Below, piece after piece: positions 33,348 to 42,264 of a stretch of DNA of 64,000 bases. This DNA comes from Methanobacteriota archaeon (GTDB lineage Archaea > Thermoplasmatota > Poseidoniia > Poseidoniales > Poseidoniaceae): NCBI GenBank assembly GCA_018691345.1, contig JABGTJ010000039.1:33074-97073 (forward strand). The letters run 5' to 3'. Made by a program: the position numbers and the translations under genes. The notes beneath the pieces were generated by a model. It was not told the DNA's origin. It searched no databases and was given only the letters and a program-made list of their open reading frames with translations. The first letter of the stretch is position 1; every line of letters begins with the position of its first letter.

Positions 33348-34580
33348 ATGTTCAATAACGGTTGGCGAAAGCCTTCCTATGTTATGAGTAACTACCTCGA
33401 CCGAATTGGCGCTGGCTGGGTACTGGCGAATCCCGAAGTGTTCAACTTCGATTATGTCCCAGAAGAACTGGTCGGCCGAGAAGATATCCAAAACGAGTTA
33501 GCCTCCAAGTTCACCACACTCCATTTGCCTGAAGGCTCAGGCCGCGTGGTAATTACTGGCCCTGTAGGCAGTGGAAAAACCGCACTTGCTCAGACTTTTT
33601 GTCGGGACATACAACGTCATCTCAACAACAAAAGGAACATCCGCTCTGTACATGTCAACTGTCGCAACGCTTCCACGAGCATGCGCGTTGTTCAACGCAT
33701 CTTGCACGAATTAGCACCCGGCCATCCAGACCGTGGACTCTCGATGGGCGAACTGCTGATGAGCCTACGGCGTATTCTACGTAAGGAAACCTCTCATCTC
33801 ATCGTTGTCCTGGATGAAGTGGACCATATGCTGCGTCGTTCGGGTGATGACCTGTTGTATCAACTGTTACGTATCGATGAAGATCAAAGTGGAAAGGGAA
33901 CGCTGTCTCTCATCCTTATCAGCCAAGAACAAGTTCTCGATGTACTGGAAACCGCCGTCATCTCGAGGATGGGGAGTACCAATCACCTTCGAGTTAAACC
34001 GTACGGAATTGAGGGGCTTGCTGCGATCGCAACACAACGAGCAATACAAGGATTAGTCCCTGGAACATGGACGCCGGAAATCATTCGTATTTTGGCTGAA
34101 AAAGCGGCGATAACCGGCGATGCTCGTCGAGTCATCGAATTACTCAATGCAGCGGTGGAAAGGTGTGAATTCCGTCAAGACGCTCATACTGAACGACGGC
34201 TTATCATCGACGATATTCACGTCCCGCTCAACAAAGAACCAACAACGTCAGGAAGTAATCTTGAGCACATTGATGACCTCAATCCAAACGCCATGTTGGT
34301 GCTTCTTGCTTTGTGCAGGCGACTCACAAAAGAGGAGTCGATGACAACCGGTGATGTCGAGCAACTCTACGCTGTAGTTTGCGAGGAGTATGAACAAAAA
34401 ATGAAGAGTCATACAACGGTTTGGAAATATTTGAAAGATTTTGAAGAGCGCCAAATCATCTCCTCCAGAGTGGCTACAATCACCGGGGGAAGAGGACGGA
34501 CAACCCACCTGGGCATGCCACATTTCCTACCAAAAGACCTCGCCAGTCGGCTCGAAATGCTGTTGAAAAAGAAGTTTTGA
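33348..34580 (+). CDS. orc1: Orc1/Cdc6 replication initiator
   Basis: Has the AAA+ Walker A (GPVGSGKTAL), Walker B (IVVLDEVDHM) and sensor motifs, plus a C-terminal winged helix (TGDVEQLYAVVCEEYEQ...RVATITGGRGRTTHL). Confidence 0.85.
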   Translation: MFNNGWRKPSYVMSNYLDRIGAGWVLANPEVFNFDYVPEELVGREDIQNELASKFTTLHLPEGSGRVVITGPVGSGKTALAQTFCRDIQRHLNNKRNIRSVHVNCRNASTSMRVVQRILHELAPGHPDRGLSMGELLMSLRRILRKETSHLIVVLDEVDHMLRRSGDDLLYQLLRIDEDQSGKGTLSLILISQEQVLDVLETAVISRMGSTNHLRVKPYGIEGLAAIATQRAIQGLVPGTWTPEIIRILAEKAAITGDARRVIELLNAAVERCEFRQDAHTERRLIIDDIHVPLNKEPTTSGSNLEHIDDLNPNAMLVLLALCRRLTKEESMTTGDVEQLYAVVCEEYEQKMKSHTTVWKYLKDFEERQIISSRVATITGGRGRTTHLGMPHFLPKDLASRLEMLLKKKF

Positions 34581-34659
34581 CATCCATTTTGTCAGTTGCG
34601 ACCATACGGTGGGGCTAAATAGAGGACGATAGTCGCAAGGGCGTTCTTGAAGTGATATT

Positions 34660-35148
34660 ATGGCTGTTGGACAACAAGGAGAATTCGTCGCAGTAGTGAA
34701 TGACACCGACCCGAAGAACGGCGGCAAGTCATATTCACTGAAAATTAGTGGAAACAATCACGCCCAATTATTGGGTAAGAAAATCGGCGATACCGTCGAC
34801 GGAATCTTCATCGGAGAAGGTGAACAAACTCTTTCCGGATACAAACTCCAAATCACCGGTGGATCCGACAAAACCGGAACGCCTCTTCGTCGAGATCTCG
34901 AAGGTGGCCGCCGACAAGCAATCTTAGTAACCCGTTCAACTGGTTTCAAGGGGCACAGCCTCGTTTTCAAGAACAAAGGTGGAGAAAAGAAGCGATTCCG
35001 CTACAAGCCTGACGGCCTACGCAAGCGACGTTTCTTCCGTGGCAACACCATCAGCCAAGACACCCGCCAAATCAATCTCAAGGTCATCGAAGCTGGTAAG
35101 AAATCACTCGGCGACATCCTCGCAAAGCCAGAGGAAGCATCGGAGTGA
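34660..35148 (+). CDS. rps6e: 30S ribosomal protein S6e
   Basis: 162 aa, matching S6e from start to end (KLQITGGSDKTGTPLRRDLEGGRRQAILVT). Confidence 0.85.
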   Translation: MAVGQQGEFVAVVNDTDPKNGGKSYSLKISGNNHAQLLGKKIGDTVDGIFIGEGEQTLSGYKLQITGGSDKTGTPLRRDLEGGRRQAILVTRSTGFKGHSLVFKNKGGEKKRFRYKPDGLRKRRFFRGNTISQDTRQINLKVIEAGKKSLGDILAKPEEASE

Positions 35149-35186
35149 AACCCGAGAGGGCTTTCGTGGAACAGGAGTGAGGAAGC

Positions 35187-36425
35187 ATGGCACGAAAGCT
35201 TCCCGCACAACCTGAAATCAACATCGGTCTTGTCGGCCACGTCGACCACGGAAAAACCACCCTCACGCAAGCATTATCTGGCATTTGGACCGATACCCAC
35301 TCCGAAGAAAGAAAGCGCGGTATTTCGATTAAACTCGGTTACGCAGACACTGCCTTTTACAAAACGAAAGAAGGACAATACTACGCTACTGGCCGCCACC
35401 CTGAAGGCAAAGCAGATGACCCAAAGGAATTGGAACGGGTTATTTCCTTTGTCGACGCCCCTGGTCACGAGACACTGATGGCCATCATGATTACTGGCGC
35501 ATCGATTATGGATGGAGCAATGCTGATGGTTGCTGCAAACGAAACATGTCCGCAACCACAGACCCGTGAACATCTGATGGCGCTTGAAATCGCCGGCATT
35601 GAGAACATTGTTATCGTTCAAAACAAAATTGACCTGGTTACGAAAGAACGTGCATTGGAATCCTATGCGGAAGTCAAAGAATTTCTCAAAGGTACCATCG
35701 CAGAAAAGGCTCCGATCATCCCAGTTTCCGCTCACCACGATGTTAACTTGGATATCCTCATCGATGCCATCGAGAAGACCATTCCAACTCCTGACCGTTC
35801 TCAACACAAGCGTTCAATCATGCACGTTGCTCGCTCATTCGACATCAACAGACCCGGCACCCGCCCGACAAAACTCCGAGGCGGAGTCATCGGTGGAAGT
35901 ATCATCGAAGGAAACTTCGACATTGGCGATGAAATCATCATTGGACCCGGCCGTAAAATCGAAAACGGTTCGAAAACAGCATGGGAGCCAATCGAAGCGA
36001 CCGTCAAGAGCATGCAAGGCGGTGGATTGGACCTCGAAAGCATGCATTCTGGTGGTCTATGCGGTATGGCAACCATGCTGGACCCCTCAATTACAACTTC
36101 AGATAACCTCTCTGGGCAAGTTGTCGCACGCAAGGGAGACCTCCCCGAAGTTCGTAATTCAATTTCCATCGACATTCATCTGATGAAAACAATGGTCGCT
36201 GGAGAAGGCGAAGCCCCTGAGAAAATCTATCCACTTCGAAACAACGAGATGTTGATGATTAACGTTGCAACCGCAACATCTGTTGGCGTTACCAAAAATT
36301 CAGAAAAAGGCAAGGCTACCCTTGACTTGCGTCTACCAATATGTGCAGATACTGGGCAGCGAGTTTCGCTTTCCCGACGAGTTGGATCTCGCTGGCGTCT
36401 CATTGGATACGGAACAATTCTATGA
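35187..36425 (+). CDS. eif2g: Translation initiation factor 2 gamma subunit (aIF2-gamma)
   Basis: Carries the GTPase motifs GHVDHGKTTL, DAPGH and NKID, and a zinc knuckle. Length is 412 aa. Confidence 0.9.
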   Translation: MARKLPAQPEINIGLVGHVDHGKTTLTQALSGIWTDTHSEERKRGISIKLGYADTAFYKTKEGQYYATGRHPEGKADDPKELERVISFVDAPGHETLMAIMITGASIMDGAMLMVAANETCPQPQTREHLMALEIAGIENIVIVQNKIDLVTKERALESYAEVKEFLKGTIAEKAPIIPVSAHHDVNLDILIDAIEKTIPTPDRSQHKRSIMHVARSFDINRPGTRPTKLRGGVIGGSIIEGNFDIGDEIIIGPGRKIENGSKTAWEPIEATVKSMQGGGLDLESMHSGGLCGMATMLDPSITTSDNLSGQVVARKGDLPEVRNSISIDIHLMKTMVAGEGEAPEKIYPLRNNEMLMINVATATSVGVTKNSEKGKATLDLRLPICADTGQRVSLSRRVGSRWRLIGYGTIL

Positions 36426-36835
36426 GCGTGAGCCAGTTGAAGGTGGTAATCTCTCAACCCGTTTTGGTCGATGCTTGTGGATGGGCGGCTGTCATCGATT
36501 CTGGAATGAACATCGATACGGAAATGAACCGTGTATTTGGACCCGCACAACTTCGACTTCTTGAAAGTGTGAAGCAAGAAATCGAAAGACTCAATCAGGA
36601 ACGCCCTCGGAAAAAAAACCTACTCCTCCCTCTCTTGGAACAAAAATCTGAACCAATCGAGGCCTTAACCAGCGAGTCTGAACATGCAGATGACCAGTTG
36701 TTCGAATTGGCATCGGAACTGAAAGTACCAGTTCTCACTGTTGATGTAGACTTGAAGCGAAGACTCTACAAAGCAGATTTACCAATTCTGGAAGTGAGTA
36801 AAAACCAACGCCTCCAACTGGTTGAATCTCTATAG
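36422..36835 (+). CDS. PIN-domain protein (the conserved archaeal neighbour of aIF2-gamma)
   Basis: Starts MSVSQLKVVISQPVLVDACGW.. at an ATG overlapping the eif2g stop (ATGA). This is the PIN-like fold with an N-terminal acidic residue in VLVD. The track ORF 36341..36835 begins earlier, at a non-plausible upstream start inside eif2g. Confidence 0.55.
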   Translation: MSVSQLKVVISQPVLVDACGWAAVIDSGMNIDTEMNRVFGPAQLRLLESVKQEIERLNQERPRKKNLLLPLLEQKSEPIEALTSESEHADDQLFELASELKVPVLTVDVDLKRRLYKADLPILEVSKNQRLQLVESL

Positions 36836-36855
36836 AACAATGCCTTAAACTTGAT

Positions 36856-37155
36856 TCACGGTAAAGTGAACAGAACATCATCTCCATGTCCATCGAGAAG
36901 ACCAATCTTGACACCTGCGTCAATCCATGCATGAGCGTAGTTAATTGCTCCAAAAGCCCGAACATGATCACCAATCGATAAAAAATGCGCCGCATCTGAA
37001 GCATAATCATCCGCCATCCGCATCATAACGGCTAACTTCTGAGCATCTGCACTTCCTTGCTCACAAAGGGAAGTCGCCTTTGCTCGTGCTCTCTTGGTAA
37101 TGTCGAGATACTTCTCAACGCGCTCTGTAGTGACTGTTTTCATGTCTTCACTCAT
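36856..37155 (-). CDS. DUF357-like small archaeal protein
   Basis: 99 aa with ...KYLDITKRARAKATSLCEQGSADAQKLAV...AHAWIDAGVKIGLL. It overlaps the upstream gene by 4 nt. Confidence 0.45.
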   Translation of the reverse strand: MSEDMKTVTTERVEKYLDITKRARAKATSLCEQGSADAQKLAVMMRMADDYASDAAHFLSIGDHVRAFGAINYAHAWIDAGVKIGLLDGHGDDVLFTLP

Positions 37156-38201
37156 TCTCCACCCTCCTTTTGGCGTTTCAAAAGTCGTCGTACGTCCTCA
37201 GTACGCCCAAGGGCTCCATAGAGTTCAACCGCTCGCGAAAGTCGCCCTTCATCTTCGGCTGTTTGTGCACGCAAGAACAACGCCTTACGTTCTTCCCAAT
37301 TCTTTGCTAATGCTGCTTCGGCAGCCGCTTGATAACGGCCTTGCCGTTCAGCTTGTGCAAGATGAGGAGCCGTCCACCGTCGAACCAACCCGGTCCGTGT
37401 TGCAGTCACCATCGTATCCGGAGTAAGACCGATTAGTAGGTCGCCGAGATCCATTGATTCACCAAGCAGCGAAAGAGCTTCGTTGTCTTCGTGTGCTGAC
37501 AGGTGATGAAGATGCCCTTCAATGCCGAGTACCCACCAGCCATCCGCACTTCGAACTCCTTCCATAGGCTCCAGTGATTCGTATTCAATTCGTTCCAGTG
37601 CATCCCATCCAAACGGATGAGGTACTCCTTCCCAAATGCCACCGTCGCTTGATTGCATCAACAACCGACCGCTCATGAGTGGAGTAACCCAACTCCATAC
37701 TCGATCTTCGAGAACTCTTTTCTGATCGCTTTGAGCTAGGCGAGCGCACCAAAGTTTGCCTTCTGCGTCTTGCCACATCATGTGTTCACGGTCAAGCCAG
37801 CCGAGCAAACGACGAACTTTACCGCTATCGAGCCTACGAAGGCCTGTTCCTTCGTGTGTAAACAAATGCAGGTGCCCTTCACGCCCAGACAGGATCCAAC
37901 CGCCTCCAGGACGTGCTAGAAGTTCAGCAAACCCACCTGGAGTCGAACGGCCTTCATGGAGCAAAGAACCATCCGATGTCGAAAGAACATAGAATCCATG
38001 CGCTGCTAAGATTCCAAGAACGCCATTGTTGGCTTGAGCACAATGGGCTTTGAACGGCAATTCTACCTTCCATCGGACCGAACCATCGGCTTCTATCATG
38101 AACAAATCCAATCCACTGCTGACCACCATGCCACCTTCAACTGGAGCGAGGGCTGCAATGCGTTGAGGTGCTTGCCAGGACCATGTGATCGACCACGACA
38201 T
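37152..38201 (-). CDS. Repeat-containing hypothetical protein (W-rich, with recurring EGHLHL motifs; possibly a beta-propeller)
   Basis: Repeated segments SGREGHLHLFTHEG and LGIEGHLHHLSAHED. There are no TM or catalytic motifs. It sits in an operon between the DUF357 gene and the ATPase gene, with 4-nt overlaps on both sides. Confidence 0.45.
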   Translation of the reverse strand: MSWSITWSWQAPQRIAALAPVEGGMVVSSGLDLFMIEADGSVRWKVELPFKAHCAQANNGVLGILAAHGFYVLSTSDGSLLHEGRSTPGGFAELLARPGGGWILSGREGHLHLFTHEGTGLRRLDSGKVRRLLGWLDREHMMWQDAEGKLWCARLAQSDQKRVLEDRVWSWVTPLMSGRLLMQSSDGGIWEGVPHPFGWDALERIEYESLEPMEGVRSADGWWVLGIEGHLHHLSAHEDNEALSLLGESMDLGDLLIGLTPDTMVTATRTGLVRRWTAPHLAQAERQGRYQAAAEAALAKNWEERKALFLRAQTAEDEGRLSRAVELYGALGRTEDVRRLLKRQKEGGE

Positions 38202-40096
38202 CAGACATCACCTCCGAGTACCTTCCAAGCAATCAATTGGGCCCGAGCAGCCTGCGTCAATTCGTAGTATCTGTTTCGACCAATGGTTCGAACGCTCAAT
38301 ATGCCGCCTTTGAGAAGACGATTGCTAATTTGAGAGAGACGAGCCCGCTTGATGCTTAATTGCGTTCGTATTTCTTCATCAGACGGTGAATAACGGCGGT
38401 CATTGGCAATTGAAATAACGACCATCTCATGGCTGGTGAGCGTCGACAAAAGAGAGGTGTCCAATGCATAGTCTTGCTTTTTCCCTGTTGGTTTGCGCTG
38501 TAAAGCTTCCAAGGCTTCAACCAATTTCCGTCGATTTACTACAGTTTCGGGTCCGTTCGAAGGCTGGAGAGCAAGTTGCAATGCCTTCATGACAGGAACC
38601 ATTCCTGCAAGTTCACTCAACAATCCATTTGGGGCCTGAAGAGGTTGTTCAGATGGTTCGACATACGCCGGTGCAGACTCAAATAACTCGTCGATTGGCG
38701 GATGTTCCAAATCTTCGTGTTCAAAGAAGCCGACTTCATCGTGAAGCAGGAAAGCAGAATCGTCCTCAGAAATCACTTCCTCCATAGGCTCTGGAGGCCT
38801 GAGTGAAGGGTCTTCCCACAGTTCGGCACCCTCGGCCGAATCAACCAATTCTTCCGCTGGAGCCGCAGCATCGGAAATTTCAGCATACGATTGGTCGGTA
38901 AAGGCACGGTTTCGAGCGAATAAACCCGTCATACCTTTGGTTGCGATGGGGTCAAGTGGAGGCCTCTGCATCGGTTCAGGTTTTGCTTTCGGCGGTGTTG
39001 CTGGGTGACCGTCACGGTAATTATCAACAGCTTCCAAATCCTTCAATGCTTCCTGATTTTCTTGATCTTCGGTGAGCTGGGCGAGATTCAAATCAAAAAT
39101 ATTGTTCACATCTTCGAGACTCTCCATGATTTTGGCATCTTGAACCTCCTCCAACGTCTGGAACGAAGATTCTTCATTTGACTCGTCTAATGGTTCCGGA
39201 AATGATTCTTCTTCAGCAACAAACATAGATTCGAAGGTAGAATGAATTTGTGGCTCAACTGGCGGCGGAGTAAACTGAGGTTCTGAAACCGGTGTTTTTT
39301 GGTCATATTTCGGCTCTACGTAGGTGAATTGGGACATTTTAGCACTGTCAATAGCATCACGCATGACCCGAATCACTTCAGCAGGAAGTCCACCGGTCTG
39401 TTCCAGCAAATGTTCTGCGTCTTCAATCGCAAATGAAAACGATTGACTGGTGGACTTTTCAATACGCTTCTCAACAAGCAATTGAATTTCTTCCGCCGTC
39501 AAGTTAGGCAACGGGTTCATTTGTTCGAGCCGTTGCAGAATAGATGCGGGTAGCATGTTCTTATCTTTCGTTTCCAAGACCACAACGATAACTGCTTGAA
39601 GTCGCTCCAGGAGCGGAAGCGTATCTCGCAAGGCGACGTTTAGAGCAGAAATATCAACGGTGGATGCGTCGAGCACAATCAAAGGTAACGACCCGGAGAA
39701 GTCCTGCGTTGCAGCCAAAATTTGGCCGATGAGCTCATTTCGGTTCTCTGGAGGATTCGTATGTACAAAATGAGTGTACATTTCTTTCAACAAATTCAGA
39801 CCTGCTTGAGAATGGGAAATATGGTCTATGTAAATCGAAAGCGGAGCCGTTTTCGAGGCACAGCGAAGCAAGGAGGTTCGCCCCGAACCGTGTTCCCCCA
39901 TCAACAAAATACGACGAGGTGAGCGGAATTTCATGTACTGTGAGAGGATTGTCAACATGTGGTTACGCCCGACAAGAAGGTTTGAGTCGCTCGCTTCCAA
40001 AGGTAAAGTCGAGAATGGATTGGCGTCCATAGGGGGGAGTGCCATTTCTTTGCCAACAATTCGCATGAAGGAGCCAACCCTCTTTGGGTATTTCAT
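38201..40096 (-). CDS. Archaeal-type P-loop ATPase (Arch_ATPase/Orc-like AAA+) with a degenerate Walker A/B, a long acidic linker and a C-terminal winged-helix domain
   Basis: The N-terminus LVGRNHMLTILSQY..PRRILLMGEHGSGRTSLL has Arg in the Walker-A Lys position. The Walker B is LIVLDAST, with no catalytic Glu. It is followed by a ~250-aa D/E/P-rich low-complexity region. The C-terminal wHTH is DEEIRTQLSIKRARLSQISNRLLKGGILSVRTIGRNRYYEL. Confidence 0.55.
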   Translation of the reverse strand: MKYPKRVGSFMRIVGKEMALPPMDANPFSTLPLEASDSNLLVGRNHMLTILSQYMKFRSPRRILLMGEHGSGRTSLLRCASKTAPLSIYIDHISHSQAGLNLLKEMYTHFVHTNPPENRNELIGQILAATQDFSGSLPLIVLDASTVDISALNVALRDTLPLLERLQAVIVVVLETKDKNMLPASILQRLEQMNPLPNLTAEEIQLLVEKRIEKSTSQSFSFAIEDAEHLLEQTGGLPAEVIRVMRDAIDSAKMSQFTYVEPKYDQKTPVSEPQFTPPPVEPQIHSTFESMFVAEEESFPEPLDESNEESSFQTLEEVQDAKIMESLEDVNNIFDLNLAQLTEDQENQEALKDLEAVDNYRDGHPATPPKAKPEPMQRPPLDPIATKGMTGLFARNRAFTDQSYAEISDAAAPAEELVDSAEGAELWEDPSLRPPEPMEEVISEDDSAFLLHDEVGFFEHEDLEHPPIDELFESAPAYVEPSEQPLQAPNGLLSELAGMVPVMKALQLALQPSNGPETVVNRRKLVEALEALQRKPTGKKQDYALDTSLLSTLTSHEMVVISIANDRRYSPSDEEIRTQLSIKRARLSQISNRLLKGGILSVRTIGRNRYYELTQAARAQLIAWKVLGGDV

Positions 40097-40135
40097 GTTT
40101 GAGCCTCACAAGGGGTGCATCAGACCTGTTAGGAT

Positions 40136-40230
40136 GCGTTAACAGTGTGGCCGATTACGCTCAAGGGAGTGGATTAACAGATTGGTAACGCCTTGTTAAC
40201 GCGTTAATTGACCCGTTAAAACCGTTAATG
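40136..40230. promoter_or_regulatory. Cluster of TTAAC/CGTTAA motifs including the perfect 12-bp palindrome TTAACGCGTTAA (40196..40207). Candidate operator in the divergent hmgA / ATPase-wHTH promoter region.
   Basis: Read directly from the sequence: gcgTTAACag (40136-40145), gaTTAACag (40172-40180), gGTAACg (40184-40190), tGTTAACGCGTTAAt, ccCGTTAAa, cCGTTAAt. Confidence 0.45.
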
Positions 40231-40316
40231 GAGAGTAATGTTCGTGCCGGAATCGAAGGAAGAGAAAACCAACGGTTGAACCGAGTCTTGCCGATTGCTT
40301 GATGGGGTAAGGGCCC

Positions 40317-41639
40317 GTGGAGAGAACTGGTCGTGACCATATGGCAGTTGAGAACAGTCGTTTGAGTGGTTTTTTCAGACACAGCGTCGCTGAACGTCGG
40401 GCAATCGTCGCCAAAATGGCGAACCTCACACAGGAACAAACCGATGCACTGGAAGCCTGCGGCGCACTCAGTGAAGATTCTGCTGACCGCATGATTGAGA
40501 ACGTTATTGGCACCATGTCGCTACCGGTTGGCATTGCAACAAACTTCGTCATTGACGGAAAGCATTACCTCATTCCCTTCTGCCTCGAAGAATCCAGTGT
40601 TGTCGCTGCAGCATCGAACATGGCGAAACGTTGTTTGAAAAACGGTGGATTCAGCACCAATTCCGATGCACCAATGATGATTGCACAACTCCAAGTCTTG
40701 GATTGCCAAGATTGGAGAAAGGCTGAGCAAGACATCTTGACAGCCTCAGATGAACTCATGGCGTTGTGCAACAGCCTCCCATCAACGATGATACGACTTG
40801 GAGGTGGTTGCAAGCGCATTGAAACACGACTCTTAGACACGATCAGCGGGCCGATGCTGATTGCACATATCATTGTGGATTGCAGAGACGCAATGGGCGC
40901 TAATGCAGTGAATACCATGGCTGAACTAATCGCTCCTCGTATCGAGCAAATCACTGGTGGACGAGTTCACCTGCGCATTCTTTCGAACCTCGCAGCACAC
41001 CGATTAGCACGCGTTCAAGCCGTATTCACTCCAGAAGAGATCTCAGAAGATGGAACGCATGAGAATGGCGTCACTGTAATCGAAGGCATCCTCGAGGCCC
41101 AGCACTTCGCCATGGCCGACCCTTTTCGGGCTGCAACCCACAACAAAGGCGTCATGAACGCAATCAGCAGTGTTGGCGTGGCATGCGGTCAAGACTGGCG
41201 AGCGATCGAGGCTGGTTGCCATGCTTGGGCAGCATACAGCAACGGAACATACGGTTCGATGACCTCATGGAATAAAGACGTCAATGGAAACCTGGTTGGC
41301 ACCATTGAGACACCAATGGCTGTAGGTATCGTTGGAGGAGCCTCTAAGGTACATCCTGTAGCACAAGCAAACCTCGCCATACTTGGAGTCGAATCGGCCC
41401 AGGAATTGGCTGGAATCATCGCTGCTGCGGGTTTATCGCAAAACCTTGGAGCTTTGAGAGCATTGTCAACCAAAGGCATTCAAGCAGGTCACATGAAGTT
41501 ACATGCACGGAACATGGCTGTATCTGCCGGTGCCGTGGGCGACGAAATCGAAATTGTCGCTGCACGACTTCAAGAAGCAACGGGGCCCAAGACACAAACA
41601 CTTGTCGGGGAATTGCTTGAAACATTGCGAAACGAGTGA
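40317..41639 (+). CDS. hmgA: HMG-CoA reductase, class II (bacterial-type)
   Basis: Carries class II signatures: ENVIGTMSLPVGIATN, DAMGANAVN and GTIETPMAVGIVGG. Length is 440 aa. The true start is possibly MAVENS at 40341. Confidence 0.85.
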   Translation: MERTGRDHMAVENSRLSGFFRHSVAERRAIVAKMANLTQEQTDALEACGALSEDSADRMIENVIGTMSLPVGIATNFVIDGKHYLIPFCLEESSVVAAASNMAKRCLKNGGFSTNSDAPMMIAQLQVLDCQDWRKAEQDILTASDELMALCNSLPSTMIRLGGGCKRIETRLLDTISGPMLIAHIIVDCRDAMGANAVNTMAELIAPRIEQITGGRVHLRILSNLAAHRLARVQAVFTPEEISEDGTHENGVTVIEGILEAQHFAMADPFRAATHNKGVMNAISSVGVACGQDWRAIEAGCHAWAAYSNGTYGSMTSWNKDVNGNLVGTIETPMAVGIVGGASKVHPVAQANLAILGVESAQELAGIIAAAGLSQNLGALRALSTKGIQAGHMKLHARNMAVSAGAVGDEIEIVAARLQEATGPKTQTLVGELLETLRNE

Positions 41640-41640
41640 T

Positions 41641-42264
41641 TCACTCTTCTTCTCCAAGCGGAAGAGTGGATTGAATGAGCCCGTCCATCTCTGACTCTTC
41701 CTTCAACACTGCAGCATCTTCCATTCCATCGAACATACCCGTTGTCTTCACTTGCTCTCTGAACCATTGCTTGACCTTCTTTCGGTCGGTGTAAGGGCAA
41801 CCAAATGTTTCCGAGAAACGACGGGTTGTTGAAAGTCGGCGAGTATTGCCATCTTTACGACGGTCAACCATACCCAATTGGGCGAGTTCGCGAACATAAT
41901 CGTAGGCTTTCTGGCCGAGTAGTTCAACCAGTCGTGATTGGGGTATTGGCTGATGGTAAGCGATGAGTGCTGCTGCTTTCAGCAATTTTTGTGGAATTTC
42001 AGTTTTGGTTTCTTTCGGCAAATGACTCGCAATATCGGGCTTAACTTCAATGGCCCATCGGTTTCCAACCTCTGCAACCTGTAAGGCACCTCCACGGCGT
42101 CGCTTCAATGTTGAACGAAGCGAATAGAGTGAATCAAGCATCTCATCTTCATCGTAACCGAGAGCCGTGGATAATTCAGATACGCTCATCGACCGACCTG
42201 CACCAAAAAGTGTGGCTTCGAGCAAAGTATCAATCGGCACTTCTGTCATTTCCTTCACCTTCAT
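41641..42264 (-). CDS. scpB: Segregation and condensation protein B
   Basis: 207 aa with the tandem winged-helix ScpB pattern (LLEATLFGAGRSMSVSELSTALG...). Located immediately downstream of scpA and smc. Confidence 0.7.
   Translation of the reverse strand: MKVKEMTEVPIDTLLEATLFGAGRSMSVSELSTALGYDEDEMLDSLYSLRSTLKRRRGGALQVAEVGNRWAIEVKPDIASHLPKETKTEIPQKLLKAAALIAYHQPIPQSRLVELLGQKAYDYVRELAQLGMVDRRKDGNTRRLSTTRRFSETFGCPYTDRKKVKQWFREQVKTTGMFDGMEDAAVLKEESEMDGLIQSTLPLGEEE

Noticed and set aside
33296-34659. Replication origin flanking orc1
   Set aside because: Only a single dyad was found upstream of orc1. There is no AT-rich unwinding element and no ORB array on either side. The flanking spacers are 52 and 79 bp, too short for a typical archaeal origin, so I did not call an origin.
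36341-36421. Upstream part of the PIN-domain ORF
   Set aside because: It overlaps the conserved C-terminus of aIF2-gamma in another frame. The PIN gene starts at the ATG overlapping the eif2g stop.
40161-40954. Minus-strand ORFs (40161..40439, 40196..40552, 40565..40954) across the hmgA promoter and 5' region
   Set aside because: They are antisense to hmgA, which is strongly conserved. The TTAAC-rich segment is better explained as an operator than as coding sequence.
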